A DNA stretch of 42,538 bases from an uncultured Candidatus Saccharibacteria bacterium (GCA_964493895.1 CAZBPY010000001.1:165245-207782), one strand, 5' to 3'. Positions 21,786 to 32,087 are shown, counted from the stretch's first letter. The notes: generated by a model not told the origin, from the sequence alone. Translations and numbers: made by a program.

Positions 21786-21892
21786 TTTTAGAAATTCCTT
21801 TCTACTTATGCTTAGCATTATAAGCTATCCTTCAACAAAACCAAATTAGTTAAAAAGAATTTAATCTTCGGCTTGTAGAATCACTATTACCC

Positions 21893-24721
21893 ATGAGAAG
21901 ACTCACCGGCTTGTTATTGATTTTTGTTTGTTTCAGCCTGGCCAGCGGAATTTCCTCTCGCCACACTGCGCAGGCTCAAACTATTTCGTGGTTGACTGCC
22001 AATCCGACTATCGGTCAACGCCAAGAAATTGAGCCGAATCAGTTACCCACCACCATCGGTTTGTTTGGCAACATACCCTGCAGCCCCAAAAATTTCGCTG
22101 TTAGAGAGGAAATTCCGCCCCTGCAGCCTGCCCAGACGGCTACTGCCTGTGCCGTGTTCACCGCCCATGGTGCTGTGGCTAGCGGTGGCTACACTAATGT
22201 ATTCAAAAAAGATGCTCGTTTACATAGCAGTGCAGGCGGGCCAATAAGTTACTATGCCATTCCCGGAGGCACCGGCGGCGTGGCCTTGGAGAACACCGCC
22301 GATGGCACGCGCCTCCATTACTACTCGACAGGGATCTTATCGGCGCGCAAAGACTATAATTCTTTCACTAGAGAACTCAAAGTTTACATGCCCGATTTTC
22401 CGTCCTGGACACTAAAAGATCGATCGGGAAAAGTTTTACATATCCGCCCCGACAGTTTGGCATTTTCCAGCAACGGACAGTGGTTAGTAGCAGACTCTCC
22501 CCACCTAGCCACCCTTAGGGTCAATTTATTAACAGGTGAAGTCACACCGTTCAGCAGCCCGTATGCTTATCATTTAGGTCTATCAGTCATGCCTAATCTG
22601 GCAATTAGCGATGATGGTGCGACTGCCGTTATGACTTCGGAAAGAGGTGATTTCAAAGTTGTTGATGTAGCTTCTTGCGCGGCAGTACCAGACAAAATTA
22701 TCGGGCCGGTTTCTTGTTTAAGCCAATCTCACGAAGCATTTTTACGCAGCAACCTAGTCGGATACTTCAGGGTATTTCAGCCGCGTTTTCTCAGCGATCA
22801 ACGCCTCAGCTTTTTCTTCAACTACACATCTTTGCAGGGAGTTTTCAAATTAGCCAAAATCCACATGGCGCCTAACGGTCAGTCATTGCAGAATCAGGAC
22901 TACCTAGCTTTAGGAGACTCATTTACATCTGGTGAAGGAGCCTATGATTATTTTGCCGAAACCGACACTACGGAAAATAATTGCCATTTGTCGCATCGTT
23001 CGTATCCGTATCTAATTGGCCAACAGCTAAATCTGGTTCAGTTTAACTCGGCAGCTTGTTCGGGAGCCAAGATCGACAATATTACTACTTTTGTCCAGAA
23101 GCAAGACATTCCATCGCCAAATTCGATGGGTCGTTTGCTGCCGGGCTATAAAAAGCAGATTCAATATGTTCATGATCAAAATCCGGACGTCATTACTGTC
23201 AGTATTGGCGGCAACGACATTGGCTTCGGTGACATTATCAAAAAATGTGTCGGTAACTTTATTGCTGATACTTGCTTTAAATCCCATGAAGACCGTTTGG
23301 AGTTGGTGCGGCGAATTAACCGCCAGTTCGAGCCCCTGACTGAAATGTTCACTCAACTAAAGCAAGCTGTTAAACCAAACGGCAAAATTTATGCTATAGG
23401 CTATCCGCATATTGTCATGCCGGGCGGCGATTGTGCTTTGAATGTCAGGCTTGATGAGCAAGAGATTATTTTTGCCGAGCAAACCATCGATTACCTCAAC
23501 CAAATAATTGAGTTGAGCGCTAACAAAGCCGGCGTCAGATACGTTGACGTGTCCAAGGCTTTTCATGGGCATAGAATGTGTGAGAATTTTAGCGGTCTAG
23601 TAGCTTTCAACGGCATAACGCTAGGCGATGACACCTTTGGTATCTTGGGCAGTGAAAGCTATCATCCTAACCAGCTTGGTCACCAGCTCTACCGCCAAAA
23701 GATTCTTCAACAAACCAATAATTTCACTGCCATAATGTCTGATCCAGATCCGAACGCGACTCTACCGGCTGAAAATAGCAGTCTAGATTTGTTAGCCGCC
23801 CCGCCAGAGGGGCGGCAAATCCGTCAATCTGTTTATGACCATTCCATTACCGCTGGCCAAGTCAGCCAGTCACAAAGTCTAGTGGTCGAGACCGAGCCAT
23901 TCCAGCATCACCTACAGCCAAATTCTCCATACCAGGTTAGTTTGCACTCTGATCCGGTCGATCTGGGCACATTCACAACAGATCAAGACGGTACAGCTAG
24001 AGCTACTATTAAACTCCCGGGCGGGCTGCCAACCGGCTTTCATAGCCTGCACATTTTAGCCACCGATATATTCGGTCAAGCAGTTGATATCCATAAGACG
24101 ATTTTTATCCTTGGTGATCAGCCGTTTTTAATTGAGGCGACAGCCGATCAATTTAAATCATCTGCTGAGGATCAGCCCAGCTCTGCCGCTAATCAAATAA
24201 CCACCAAGGAAAATCCATTTTCGGCTAAACCGCCAGAGGACCATCCGCTAAGTCTAGACACCATCGATACCAAAAACGTGTTGTCCAAATCTAGCCCAAG
24301 TTGGCCGAAGCACCAAGCTGTTCAATTGCATGGGCGGTGGCCAATAAAATGGTTCGCCATAACCATAATATTAACCATAATCGGCTTGTTTGGGGTAACA
24401 TATGCTTATAAGCGGAGCAATAAAATCGTGTCAGATTTAAAATCACACCGCGAAAGAGCGGTTAGCGTGCTGACCATCATACTGATGGCGCTTTGGGTGG
24501 CAAACCTGATTGGCTATTACAGATTGCCGGGCCTAGAGAGCATAGCATTTTCTGTGGTGGTCATGGTGCCATTTGTGCTGATTGCCGCCATCGATCTGAT
24601 ATTGATAATCAAGCACCTATATAGAGTCAGTCGGCGTCAACAACGACTTGATCCTGTCGCCTTAGTGCTAATTCTGGGCCTGCTGATTATCATCGCCCTA
24701 TCGCCAATGTTTGTGGGCTAA
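21893..24721 (+). CDS. Secreted SGNH/GDSL hydrolase with N-terminal beta-rich domain, Ig-like domain and four C-terminal TM helices
   Basis: Signal peptide; LALGDSFTSGEG (block I), ACSGA (II), SIGGNDIGF (III), ESYHPN (V). Confidence 0.88.
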   Translation: MRRLTGLLLIFVCFSLASGISSRHTAQAQTISWLTANPTIGQRQEIEPNQLPTTIGLFGNIPCSPKNFAVREEIPPLQPAQTATACAVFTAHGAVASGGYTNVFKKDARLHSSAGGPISYYAIPGGTGGVALENTADGTRLHYYSTGILSARKDYNSFTRELKVYMPDFPSWTLKDRSGKVLHIRPDSLAFSSNGQWLVADSPHLATLRVNLLTGEVTPFSSPYAYHLGLSVMPNLAISDDGATAVMTSERGDFKVVDVASCAAVPDKIIGPVSCLSQSHEAFLRSNLVGYFRVFQPRFLSDQRLSFFFNYTSLQGVFKLAKIHMAPNGQSLQNQDYLALGDSFTSGEGAYDYFAETDTTENNCHLSHRSYPYLIGQQLNLVQFNSAACSGAKIDNITTFVQKQDIPSPNSMGRLLPGYKKQIQYVHDQNPDVITVSIGGNDIGFGDIIKKCVGNFIADTCFKSHEDRLELVRRINRQFEPLTEMFTQLKQAVKPNGKIYAIGYPHIVMPGGDCALNVRLDEQEIIFAEQTIDYLNQIIELSANKAGVRYVDVSKAFHGHRMCENFSGLVAFNGITLGDDTFGILGSESYHPNQLGHQLYRQKILQQTNNFTAIMSDPDPNATLPAENSSLDLLAAPPEGRQIRQSVYDHSITAGQVSQSQSLVVETEPFQHHLQPNSPYQVSLHSDPVDLGTFTTDQDGTARATIKLPGGLPTGFHSLHILATDIFGQAVDIHKTIFILGDQPFLIEATADQFKSSAEDQPSSAANQITTKENPFSAKPPEDHPLSLDTIDTKNVLSKSSPSWPKHQAVQLHGRWPIKWFAITIILTIIGLFGVTYAYKRSNKIVSDLKSHRERAVSVLTIILMALWVANLIGYYRLPGLESIAFSVVVMVPFVLIAAIDLILIIKHLYRVSRRQQRLDPVALVLILGLLIIIALSPMFVG

Positions 24722-24775
24722 AGCTGCTAGTTGGTTTATTCAAAGCAGAGGCCCGATCTGCTATGCTTATGGTAA

Positions 24776-26656
24776 TTGGATCAGCTCATGAAAGACGATA
24801 AAAACACCGAAACACCAGGCCCACCTCCAGTTCCGCGGGCTCGAAAAGTCAAGGAGCCAAAAGCTGCCGCGCCAACATCTGCCAAGTCATCAGCTGACGA
24901 CGGACAAAAGCCTAAAGATGCTCCAGAAACCAGCGTTAATCCCGATGCCGACATCGACCAGGACATTTATGACGAGGAAGATATTGCCGAAGCCAGCGAT
25001 GAGTTTTTAGACAAAGAAGAAAAAGCCGAACTGCTGCCAAATAAGTCGGTAGGAAAATCTGGAGGCGGTAAAATCCGACGTTTTTTCAAAGCTTGGTGGG
25101 GGAACAAAAAAGCCCGCCAAGCAACTATATTAATCATAGTGCTGGCGATTGTCGGGGTGCTAGTATACCCACGAACACGATATTTTTTGCTTAACTCAGC
25201 CGGAGTTCGCAGCAGTGCCTCGGTGACGGTAGTCGATAATGCCACACGTCAACCGTTGAAAAATGTGACAGTTAGACTCAACAATGCCAGCGGCGTGACC
25301 AACCAAGACGGCTACGTGAGATTAGAAAGGGTTCGTTTGGGCAGTACCAATTTAATGGTTGAACGCCGGGCCTTCGCTACCTTAGAAAAGAAAATAACCG
25401 TGGGCTGGGGCAGTAACCCATTGGGTGAAGTCTTGCTGGAGCCAAAAGGCTTGCAGTATTCATTTATCGTCAAAGACTTTCTGTCTGGCCAACCAATTGA
25501 GAAAGCTGAAGCCACCAGTGGTGATGCTAGTGCTTTCTCCGACAAAGAAGGCAAGTTGGTGCTAACCTTAGACAATCCACCAGAAGAAGCCGTGGAAATC
25601 GCTATCAAAGCCGACGGCTATCGAGAAGAGAAATTAATGGAAATGGGCGAAAGCGTGGTTGATCAACCTGTCGACATGGTGCCGGCCAGGCAACAGCCAT
25701 TTATATCGAAACGGTCTGGAAAATACGATCTTTATAAAATCTATGCCGATGGCAGCGGCGAATCATTGGTTTTGTCTGGCACCGGGTTTGAGCGCGATGA
25801 CATTGTTTTAGCTCCTCAGTCCAGCGGTGATAATGTTGCACTGGTGTCGACTCGTGATGGGGCGCGCAGTCCAAATGGCAATTTACTTAGCACGCTCAAC
25901 ATTATCAATCTCAACGACAATAAAGTTAACAAGCTCGATACAGCCGACCGTATACAACCAGTTGATTGGATTGGTAACACTTTGGTTTATATACTGGTTA
26001 ATGATCAGCCAACCGACAACAGTAAAAAGCAACGGATTGTCAGCTATAACATAGATACTGGACAAAAACTAGACATCTCCACAGCCAATTTCTTTAACTC
26101 TGTGGCTGTAATTGGTGACAAAATTTACTATGCCCCGGCGGTAGATATTACCGAGGAAGGTGATCAGGATAAAACAGCTAACTTAGGGCTTTATGTCTCC
26201 AATCCCAGCGGCAGCGATATTAAACGGATGATTGACCAAGAGGTTTGGAACATGGTCCGAACAGGCTATGACACTGTGGCGCTGACCACTGGACGTGACT
26301 GGTACGAGTTTAAAACTAGCGACAATAAAGTCCAGCGCATTGGCGGAGCCCCAGCCGATCAAAAACCGCGAGTTTATGTTAACAATAGCGCTAATAATCA
26401 AAGTTTGTGGGTGGATCAACGGGATGGCAAGGGAGTCCTGCTGAGTTTTGACATTGCCGGCAATTCTGACAAGGTCTTAACCGGCCAAAGCGGCCTTGGC
26501 TATCCGGTGCGCTGGTTGAATAATAGTACAGCTGTCTACCGAATAAAGGTCGACCGAGAAATCGCCGATTACGTTGTTAGTTTGAACGGCGGTGAACCGC
26601 GCAAAATCGTTGATGTCACCAACACTTCTGGTATTGATAAGTGGTATTATTACTGA
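24776..26656 (+). CDS. Bitopic surface protein: acidic cytoplasmic N-tail, carboxypeptidase-regulatory-like repeats, TolB-like beta-propeller
   Basis: TM ILIIVLAIVGVLVY; VVDNATRQPLKNVTV..GVTNQDG and VKDFLSGQPIEKAEA..AFSDKEG repeats; KRSGKYDLYKIYADGSGE and W-containing blade-like repeats. Confidence 0.75.
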   Translation: MDQLMKDDKNTETPGPPPVPRARKVKEPKAAAPTSAKSSADDGQKPKDAPETSVNPDADIDQDIYDEEDIAEASDEFLDKEEKAELLPNKSVGKSGGGKIRRFFKAWWGNKKARQATILIIVLAIVGVLVYPRTRYFLLNSAGVRSSASVTVVDNATRQPLKNVTVRLNNASGVTNQDGYVRLERVRLGSTNLMVERRAFATLEKKITVGWGSNPLGEVLLEPKGLQYSFIVKDFLSGQPIEKAEATSGDASAFSDKEGKLVLTLDNPPEEAVEIAIKADGYREEKLMEMGESVVDQPVDMVPARQQPFISKRSGKYDLYKIYADGSGESLVLSGTGFERDDIVLAPQSSGDNVALVSTRDGARSPNGNLLSTLNIINLNDNKVNKLDTADRIQPVDWIGNTLVYILVNDQPTDNSKKQRIVSYNIDTGQKLDISTANFFNSVAVIGDKIYYAPAVDITEEGDQDKTANLGLYVSNPSGSDIKRMIDQEVWNMVRTGYDTVALTTGRDWYEFKTSDNKVQRIGGAPADQKPRVYVNNSANNQSLWVDQRDGKGVLLSFDIAGNSDKVLTGQSGLGYPVRWLNNSTAVYRIKVDREIADYVVSLNGGEPRKIVDVTNTSGIDKWYYY

Positions 26657-26729
26657 CCAGCTACTGACGAAAAGACAACATTACCATCTTGGCTAAGGGC
26701 AAGGCTGGTAGTACAATGGCAAGTAGCTT

Positions 26730-27374
26730 ATGTCTGAAAATCGGGTCAGCAAGTGGGGGAAGGTGTTGGTGACAATTCTGTTGCTGCCTGCAGCGGTTAT
26801 TGTGCCGGTTCTAAGTCTGGAGAGCCATTATGCACCCCCAATTCAGGCTCAGACCAGACCCGATCCTGCCCAGGCCGAGCGAGTTTCTAAATACAAGGCG
26901 GCTCTGGGCCGAGAAGTTAATAATGCCGAACAGACCAGGATGCGTTTACGCTGCGCAGTGGCTCAGGCTAATGCCAAGGCCCTGGCTGACCGACTAGCAA
27001 CAGCTCAACAGAACCGCAATGCCGCCTATGACGCAATTCTGACTAAACTTGATGAACTGGTTGGGCGTCTTGATGAGCAAGCATTTGAAATTACAGCCTT
27101 GCAGAATAATGTGACAACTCTCAGGCGCAAAATCGATAGTTACAAAAAGAATATGAACAATTACCAGCTAGCAGTCAGCGACATGGCAACTGTTGATTGT
27201 TCGGCCGATCCAACAGCTTTTATTGCAGCCTTGGAAGCCGCCAGAAAAAGTCACCAAGCAGTTCTACCTGAAATTCCTGACATTCGCGCCTATATTACTA
27301 ACACGATCAAGCCAAGCTTAACTCAAGTTCGCGGCCAAATACAAAGCGGCCAGACCACAGGAGGAGCACAATAA
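26730..27374 (+). CDS. Exported/anchored alpha-helical coiled-coil protein
   Basis: N-terminal hydrophobic segment, Ala/Gln-rich heptads, two Cys. Confidence 0.7.
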   Translation: MSENRVSKWGKVLVTILLLPAAVIVPVLSLESHYAPPIQAQTRPDPAQAERVSKYKAALGREVNNAEQTRMRLRCAVAQANAKALADRLATAQQNRNAAYDAILTKLDELVGRLDEQAFEITALQNNVTTLRRKIDSYKKNMNNYQLAVSDMATVDCSADPTAFIAALEAARKSHQAVLPEIPDIRAYITNTIKPSLTQVRGQIQSGQTTGGAQ

Positions 27375-27799
27375 TGGACCCCAATCAGCAACCGCAGCGA
27401 CCAGCCGGGCCAGTCATGGATGTTCAGCGGCCTACCCGAAATCAGACGCCATCTAGTGTTATGGCGCCAGCCAATAATCCTGTGGCCCAGGCCGATAACG
27501 CTGCTAATATACCGATTGCTCCAGTCTCAAAACCTAAAAAAGATCGAACCGGGTTAATTGTAGCAATCATAACCATCGTAGTTGTTCTGTTAATCGCCGC
27601 TGGCGTGGCAGCTTTTATAATTTACAAAAATCGCAGCCAACCAGATCCGGCTCCAGCGGTCACCGAAACTGAATCTGAACGAGTTGATGTTGACGATATT
27701 GATGCGACCATTGCCGATATTGATAAAATCATGAACACCCTCAACGACTCAACTGATGTCACCCCAACTGAAGTCAGCGACCAAGCCATAGGTTTATAG
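27374..27799 (+). CDS. Single-pass membrane protein with Pro/Gln-rich N-tail and acidic C-tail
   Basis: TM LIVAIITIVVVLLIAAGVAAFIIY; start overlaps the upstream stop (TAATG). Confidence 0.75.
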   Translation: MDPNQQPQRPAGPVMDVQRPTRNQTPSSVMAPANNPVAQADNAANIPIAPVSKPKKDRTGLIVAIITIVVVLLIAAGVAAFIIYKNRSQPDPAPAVTETESERVDVDDIDATIADIDKIMNTLNDSTDVTPTEVSDQAIGL

Positions 27800-27806
27800 G
27801 CAGTAA

Positions 27807-28667
27807 CTACTTCTTTAATGCGTGGACTTTGATGCCATGCTTGTCAAAACTCTTCTTCAGAGCTTTAAAGAACTCGCCCTGAACTCTCCACTGATCGCCG
27901 GCTTTTGTTTTGCCCATAACCTTAACCACCAGGCCATTGTCGTTAAAACCAGTCACTCGGATAAACTTTGGCGGTTCTACAATCAATTTGTGCAGCTCGG
28001 GCCGAGCAGCCAGCTGCTCACCAACTTTATTAATAATTTCTTCCAATTTCTCAATGTCAGTATCAGTATCAACCACGATGTCTTCGTGCAAGCGGGCGTA
28101 ATCCATAGTCATGTTGGTGGTAACATCGATGCTGCCGTTCGGAATGTGATGTAGATAGCCGTCAATATCGCGCAAAACCGTGGTGCGAACGGTGATCACT
28201 TCGACCGTCCCTATAACGCCGTTGATTTCAATAACATCACCCAATCGGTACTGATTTTCAGCGATGATGAACAGGCCGCTGGTGAAGTCGCGGATCAGAG
28301 TTTGAGCCCCGAAGCCCACCACGATACCAATAATTCCTGCGCTGGCAATCAGTGGCCCGGTATCTACTCCTAGTTCGTTGACTATCATGACCACGATGAC
28401 AACCCAAATCACAACCTTGACTATTGTGGCCACCAAGCCATCCAGGGTCTTCTGACGCTTTCTACGATCGGCTTCGGAAGGGAAGATGTCGTGCCGGACA
28501 GTTTGCTTAACAATATTACGCACAACCTTAGTAAGCAAAATCCGGGCGACGTAGCCTATAATTAGAATCAGGACAATGCTAAGCAGATGTTCAGACAGCC
28601 ATTGACCAATCGTAGTGCCGATTTTGTCTAGGCTATCAGATATCTCACTTAGCAAGTCATCCAACAT
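27807..28667 (-). CDS. mscS: Small-conductance mechanosensitive channel (MscS family)
   Basis: LIASAGIIGIVVGFGAQTLIRDFTSGLFII.ENQYRLGDVI, GTVEVITVRTTVLRD.DG..HHIPNG. Confidence 0.93.
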   Translation of the reverse strand: MLDDLLSEISDSLDKIGTTIGQWLSEHLLSIVLILIIGYVARILLTKVVRNIVKQTVRHDIFPSEADRRKRQKTLDGLVATIVKVVIWVVIVVMIVNELGVDTGPLIASAGIIGIVVGFGAQTLIRDFTSGLFIIAENQYRLGDVIEINGVIGTVEVITVRTTVLRDIDGYLHHIPNGSIDVTTNMTMDYARLHEDIVVDTDTDIEKLEEIINKVGEQLAARPELHKLIVEPPKFIRVTGFNDNGLVVKVMGKTKAGDQWRVQGEFFKALKKSFDKHGIKVHALKK

Positions 28668-28693
28668 TAGCTTTAGTATAAAGCATAATCACC

Positions 28694-29290
28694 ATGCAGC
28701 AATTTAAATCTCTGTCTGACCCTAAACTGGCTGAGCTAATCGGCAACGGCGGAGTTGGCGTTTTGCCTACCGATACCGTTTATGGTTTGGTGGCTGCGGC
28801 CGGCAACGAGGCAGCCGTTAATAAACTCTATAGACTGAAATCACGCGACAAAAAACCGGGGACTGTAATGGCTGCCGCGATTGATCAATTGGTTGGCTTG
28901 GGAATCCCGCGGCGCTATTTGACGGCGGTCGAACAATTTTGGCCGGGAGCCGTTAGCGTTATCGTACCAACCGAAATGAATTTGCCGTATTTGCACCTAG
29001 GCAAATATTCTTTAGCCTGCCGGCTGCCCAGCGAGAAGTCAATTCTAGGGCTTTTAGAGAAAACCGGACCGCTGTTAACCTCTAGCGCCAATCTGCCCGG
29101 GAAGGATCCGGCTGGCAATGTCAATCAGGCCATTAAATATTTTGGGGATAAAATCGATTTTTACGTTGACGGCGGTGATTTGTCCGATCATTTGCCTTCG
29201 ACTGTGGTGCGGGTGATTGACGATGCTGTTGAAGTTGTCCGACCCGGAGCCGTCAAAATCGACGAAGCCAGCGGCCGGATTATCGACTAG
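28694..29290 (+). CDS. tsaC: L-threonylcarbamoyladenylate synthase (YrdC domain only)
   Basis: VLPTDTVYGL, LKSRDKKP, FWPGAVSVI, PLLTSSANLPG, PSTVV. Confidence 0.9.
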   Translation: MQQFKSLSDPKLAELIGNGGVGVLPTDTVYGLVAAAGNEAAVNKLYRLKSRDKKPGTVMAAAIDQLVGLGIPRRYLTAVEQFWPGAVSVIVPTEMNLPYLHLGKYSLACRLPSEKSILGLLEKTGPLLTSSANLPGKDPAGNVNQAIKYFGDKIDFYVDGGDLSDHLPSTVVRVIDDAVEVVRPGAVKIDEASGRIID

Positions 29291-29703
29291 CTACTTTTCA
29301 AGAAGTCATTAATAGCCGTCAATGCTTCATCAGTTTTTGTGTACTCAACTACTTTGACATTTGGATTGCCGGCAACCATGGCTGACAATTTTTTATCTCG
29401 TTGAGTTTTATACAAACAAAGCACTGGTTTGTCCTGAGATTCGGCGACAGCAATTTCGTAGCCTACGCCCAGGCTAGGCTGGCTGACTTCAGCAATTAAG
29501 CAATCAGCCTGATTGATCCAGTTCATGTCAGTTTGGTAAATTTCTGTTTCGGGTTGAGCCATTCCCATGACGGTCAATCTGTTGTCGGCAAAAACTTCAG
29601 TCAACAGTTCACAACGGCTACTTAAGAAGCTTACTATCTGACTGTAAATCTTGGCTTGGTTACGGCCGCCGCGGATAGCGCAAGCAAAGTAAACCTTTTT
29701 CAT
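29287..29703 (-). CDS. Nucleoside 2-deoxyribosyltransferase family (Rcl/DNPH1-like)
   Basis: KVYFACAIRGG, IAEVSQPSLGVGYEIA, LSAMVAGN; start reassigned (ATGA overlap with the murC stop). Confidence 0.88.
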   Translation of the reverse strand: MKKVYFACAIRGGRNQAKIYSQIVSFLSSRCELLTEVFADNRLTVMGMAQPETEIYQTDMNWINQADCLIAEVSQPSLGVGYEIAVAESQDKPVLCLYKTQRDKKLSAMVAGNPNVKVVEYTKTDEALTAINDFLKSS

Positions 29704-31001
29704 GACGACGCCGAGAATTCTTGGCGGAGCCACTCGTCGAGCGAGCCGCCGCCGCCGGCCGACAGGCACAAAACTAGGTCACCATCTTTGGCGTGTTGTG
29801 CCAAAGCTTGTTTCAAATCATCGTCCAAGCCGGCCGGCTCGGCGGCGGCGGGGTCGCCCATAAGACTTATCAACTTCTCGGGCGTTAGGTCTTCTAGGGA
29901 TTCATCCTCACGGGCTCGGTAACTTGGCACCACATATAATTTGTCTGCATCTTTGAAAATTTCAGGCAGCTCATCCTTAATAAAATGCTGGCGAGTGTTG
30001 TGCAGTCCCTCGTAAACCACGACTAATTTCCGGCCAGAACCGCCAACTACTTCACGGCCCAACTGCATGGCGCCACGAATTTTCTGAGGTGTATGAGCAT
30101 AATCGCTATAAATATTCTTGGTAATCTCTTCAAACCTACGGCTGACTCCTGGAAACTGATTCATTATCTGGATTAGTTCGTGGTAATCGTCCATCTCCAA
30201 AATTTGCATGACCGCCTGAGCAGCAATGGCCGCATTTTGGCGGTTTACTTCGCCGATCTGCTCAAAACCAACATAATCTTCTTTATAAATTATCCCTGGG
30301 TGCATTGTCGACTGATCAAAGCCCAGCTTTTTAGCATCGTCCTGCCAGATGAAAGCAGCCTGACTTTGGTTAATGAATTGTCGAAAGGCTTCATAATATT
30401 CTTCGCGGGTTGGGTAAACATCAGGATGGTCCCAATCAACCCCAGTAATAATTGCCATATGTGGACGAAAAGCCAAGAAGTTGCGATCGTACTCATCGGC
30501 TTCATAGACAAAATATTCAGATTTCGGATCAAAATGGCCCATCTCAGCAAAACTGGTTTTGGCTGGCAGAATATAACTAACTGGTACGCCAAGCTTCATC
30601 AGTAGCCAAACGGTCATGGCCGTGGTTGTAGTTTTACCGTGAGTGCCAGCTATGGCGATCAGTTTCAGCTTTCTATTTCCCAGTATCTTGTTTAGAAACC
30701 CATCTCGTTTAGTATTGTGAATGCCAAGGGCTTGAACAAACTGTAGCTCGGGCGAAGCCGGATTTTCCTTAGCCACAGCTGACGAATAAACATACCAATC
30801 AATTGGCTGTTTAGCATGAACAGCGGCTATAGCCTCTTCGGTCTGACCAATGTGAATATCGGTAACCCCTTGGTTGCGGAGGTAGGCAATGTATTGCGAA
30901 TCTTGCTTGTCCGACCCAGACACTTGATAGCCGGCTTGTTTAGCCACCAGGGCCAGCGGACCGATACCCGTACCGCCGATGCCGCTAAAGAAGATATGCA
31001 T
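29700..31001 (-). CDS. murC: UDP-N-acetylmuramate--L-alanine ligase (MurC/Mpl-like)
   Basis: FSGIGGTGIGPLA, VSGSD, AGTHGKTTTT, YEADEYDRNF, DWDHPD, RRFE, SDYAHTP. Confidence 0.88.
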   Translation of the reverse strand: MHIFFSGIGGTGIGPLALVAKQAGYQVSGSDKQDSQYIAYLRNQGVTDIHIGQTEEAIAAVHAKQPIDWYVYSSAVAKENPASPELQFVQALGIHNTKRDGFLNKILGNRKLKLIAIAGTHGKTTTTAMTVWLLMKLGVPVSYILPAKTSFAEMGHFDPKSEYFVYEADEYDRNFLAFRPHMAIITGVDWDHPDVYPTREEYYEAFRQFINQSQAAFIWQDDAKKLGFDQSTMHPGIIYKEDYVGFEQIGEVNRQNAAIAAQAVMQILEMDDYHELIQIMNQFPGVSRRFEEITKNIYSDYAHTPQKIRGAMQLGREVVGGSGRKLVVVYEGLHNTRQHFIKDELPEIFKDADKLYVVPSYRAREDESLEDLTPEKLISLMGDPAAAEPAGLDDDLKQALAQHAKDGDLVLCLSAGGGGSLDEWLRQEFSASS

Positions 31002-31053
31002 ATATGTAGTCTACCACTGGACACCGAAAAGAGTTACCATAAGAATAATAAAT

Positions 31054-31674
31054 ATGAGTAGCGAAAAACGACAACTCCATCACCTTTGGCGGCGGCTTAG
31101 ACCAATCAACGCTTGGATTTTCTTAGGTCTGGCGATTGCCCTGGCAGTAATCGGGCTATATGCCATGCGCCAGAACAATCTAACGGCCATTCGGCTGCGC
31201 GATGAGGTTCTGCTAGCCGATAAGAACGACACCGACGTTGAGACGCCGCTCAGAAAGTTGCGCGAGCATATTTACGCGCATATGAACACTGACTTGTCCA
31301 GTGGTGGTGGGGTGCAGTTTCCAGTTCAGCTAAAGCATCGATATGATCGATTGGTGGCTGCTGAGAGGGCTAGGGTAGAGGGCAGTAACGGAGATCTTTA
31401 TACCCAGGCTCAAGCCGAATGCGAAAGACAGTTCCCGGCTGGCGTGTCAGGAGCCGGCCGCATTGGTTGTATCGAGCAATATGTCAGTGGCCGCGGCGGG
31501 GCCACCGAGAAACCAATTCCGGATGCTCTGTATAAATTTGACTTTGTATCACCTCGCTGGACTCCTGATTTGGCCGGTATAAGTTTGCTGCTGGCAGTTG
31601 TATTTTTCTTACTGTTCGTTGTGCGAATTACTCTGGAAAAATGGTTTCGTCACAGATTGAAGTCACACCAATAA
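31054..31674 (+). CDS. Conserved hypothetical membrane protein (two TM segments flanking an extracytoplasmic loop with a Cys pair)
   Basis: TMs near both ends; start reassigned to MSSEKR. Confidence 0.78.
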   Translation: MSSEKRQLHHLWRRLRPINAWIFLGLAIALAVIGLYAMRQNNLTAIRLRDEVLLADKNDTDVETPLRKLREHIYAHMNTDLSSGGGVQFPVQLKHRYDRLVAAERARVEGSNGDLYTQAQAECERQFPAGVSGAGRIGCIEQYVSGRGGATEKPIPDALYKFDFVSPRWTPDLAGISLLLAVVFFLLFVVRITLEKWFRHRLKSHQ

Positions 31675-31754
31675 TCAACTGTTTCACCTCTGTTAAAATT
31701 GTTGTTGCTTTTATATCGCAGCCAATAAGCCAGTATTTCATCTTGTCAAAGGGG

Positions 31755-31784
31755 TTGACAAACATTTTACCCCTGGAGTATGGT
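31755..31784 (+). promoter_or_regulatory. sigma70-type promoter whose -35 is half of a 7-5-7 inverted repeat
   Basis: TTGACA, 18 nt, TATGGT; TTGTCAA-agggg-TTGACAA at 31743-31761. Confidence 0.5.
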
Positions 31785-31822
31785 GATGGTACCAAGGTAA
31801 ACTAAGTGAGAGGGAGATTCCA

Positions 31823-32017
31823 ATGGGATACAAGCACACAAACAGCAAGGGTGTAACATACTACCTAAACAGCAAAGATGTAACTCTTCGCGGTGGTAAA
31901 AAGCAAACTATTTACTACTTTTCTAAGGACCAGCGACCAGAAGCTAGCGATTTGCCGGCTGGCCGAGTGGTAACTGAAAATCCACGAAACGGCTTCTTGA
32001 CTATCAAGAAAGGCTAA
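31823..32017 (+). CDS. Small basic conserved hypothetical protein (64 aa)
   Basis: GAGGGGAG SD, own promoter and terminator; YYL..K.V.LRGG..Q.IYYFSK..R, NPRNG pattern. Confidence 0.88.
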   Translation: MGYKHTNSKGVTYYLNSKDVTLRGGKKQTIYYFSKDQRPEASDLPAGRVVTENPRNGFLTIKKG

Positions 32018-32037
32018 GTCTTAGTTGACTAACACTT

Positions 32038-32071
32038 GAGACGCTCCAATTGCGGAGCGTCTCTTTCTTTT
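32038..32071 (+). terminator. Intrinsic terminator
   Basis: Perfect 10-bp stem GAGACGCTCC/GGAGCGTCTC followed by TTTCTTTT. Confidence 0.88.
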
Positions 32072-32087
32072 GCTATTATTAGCAGGC

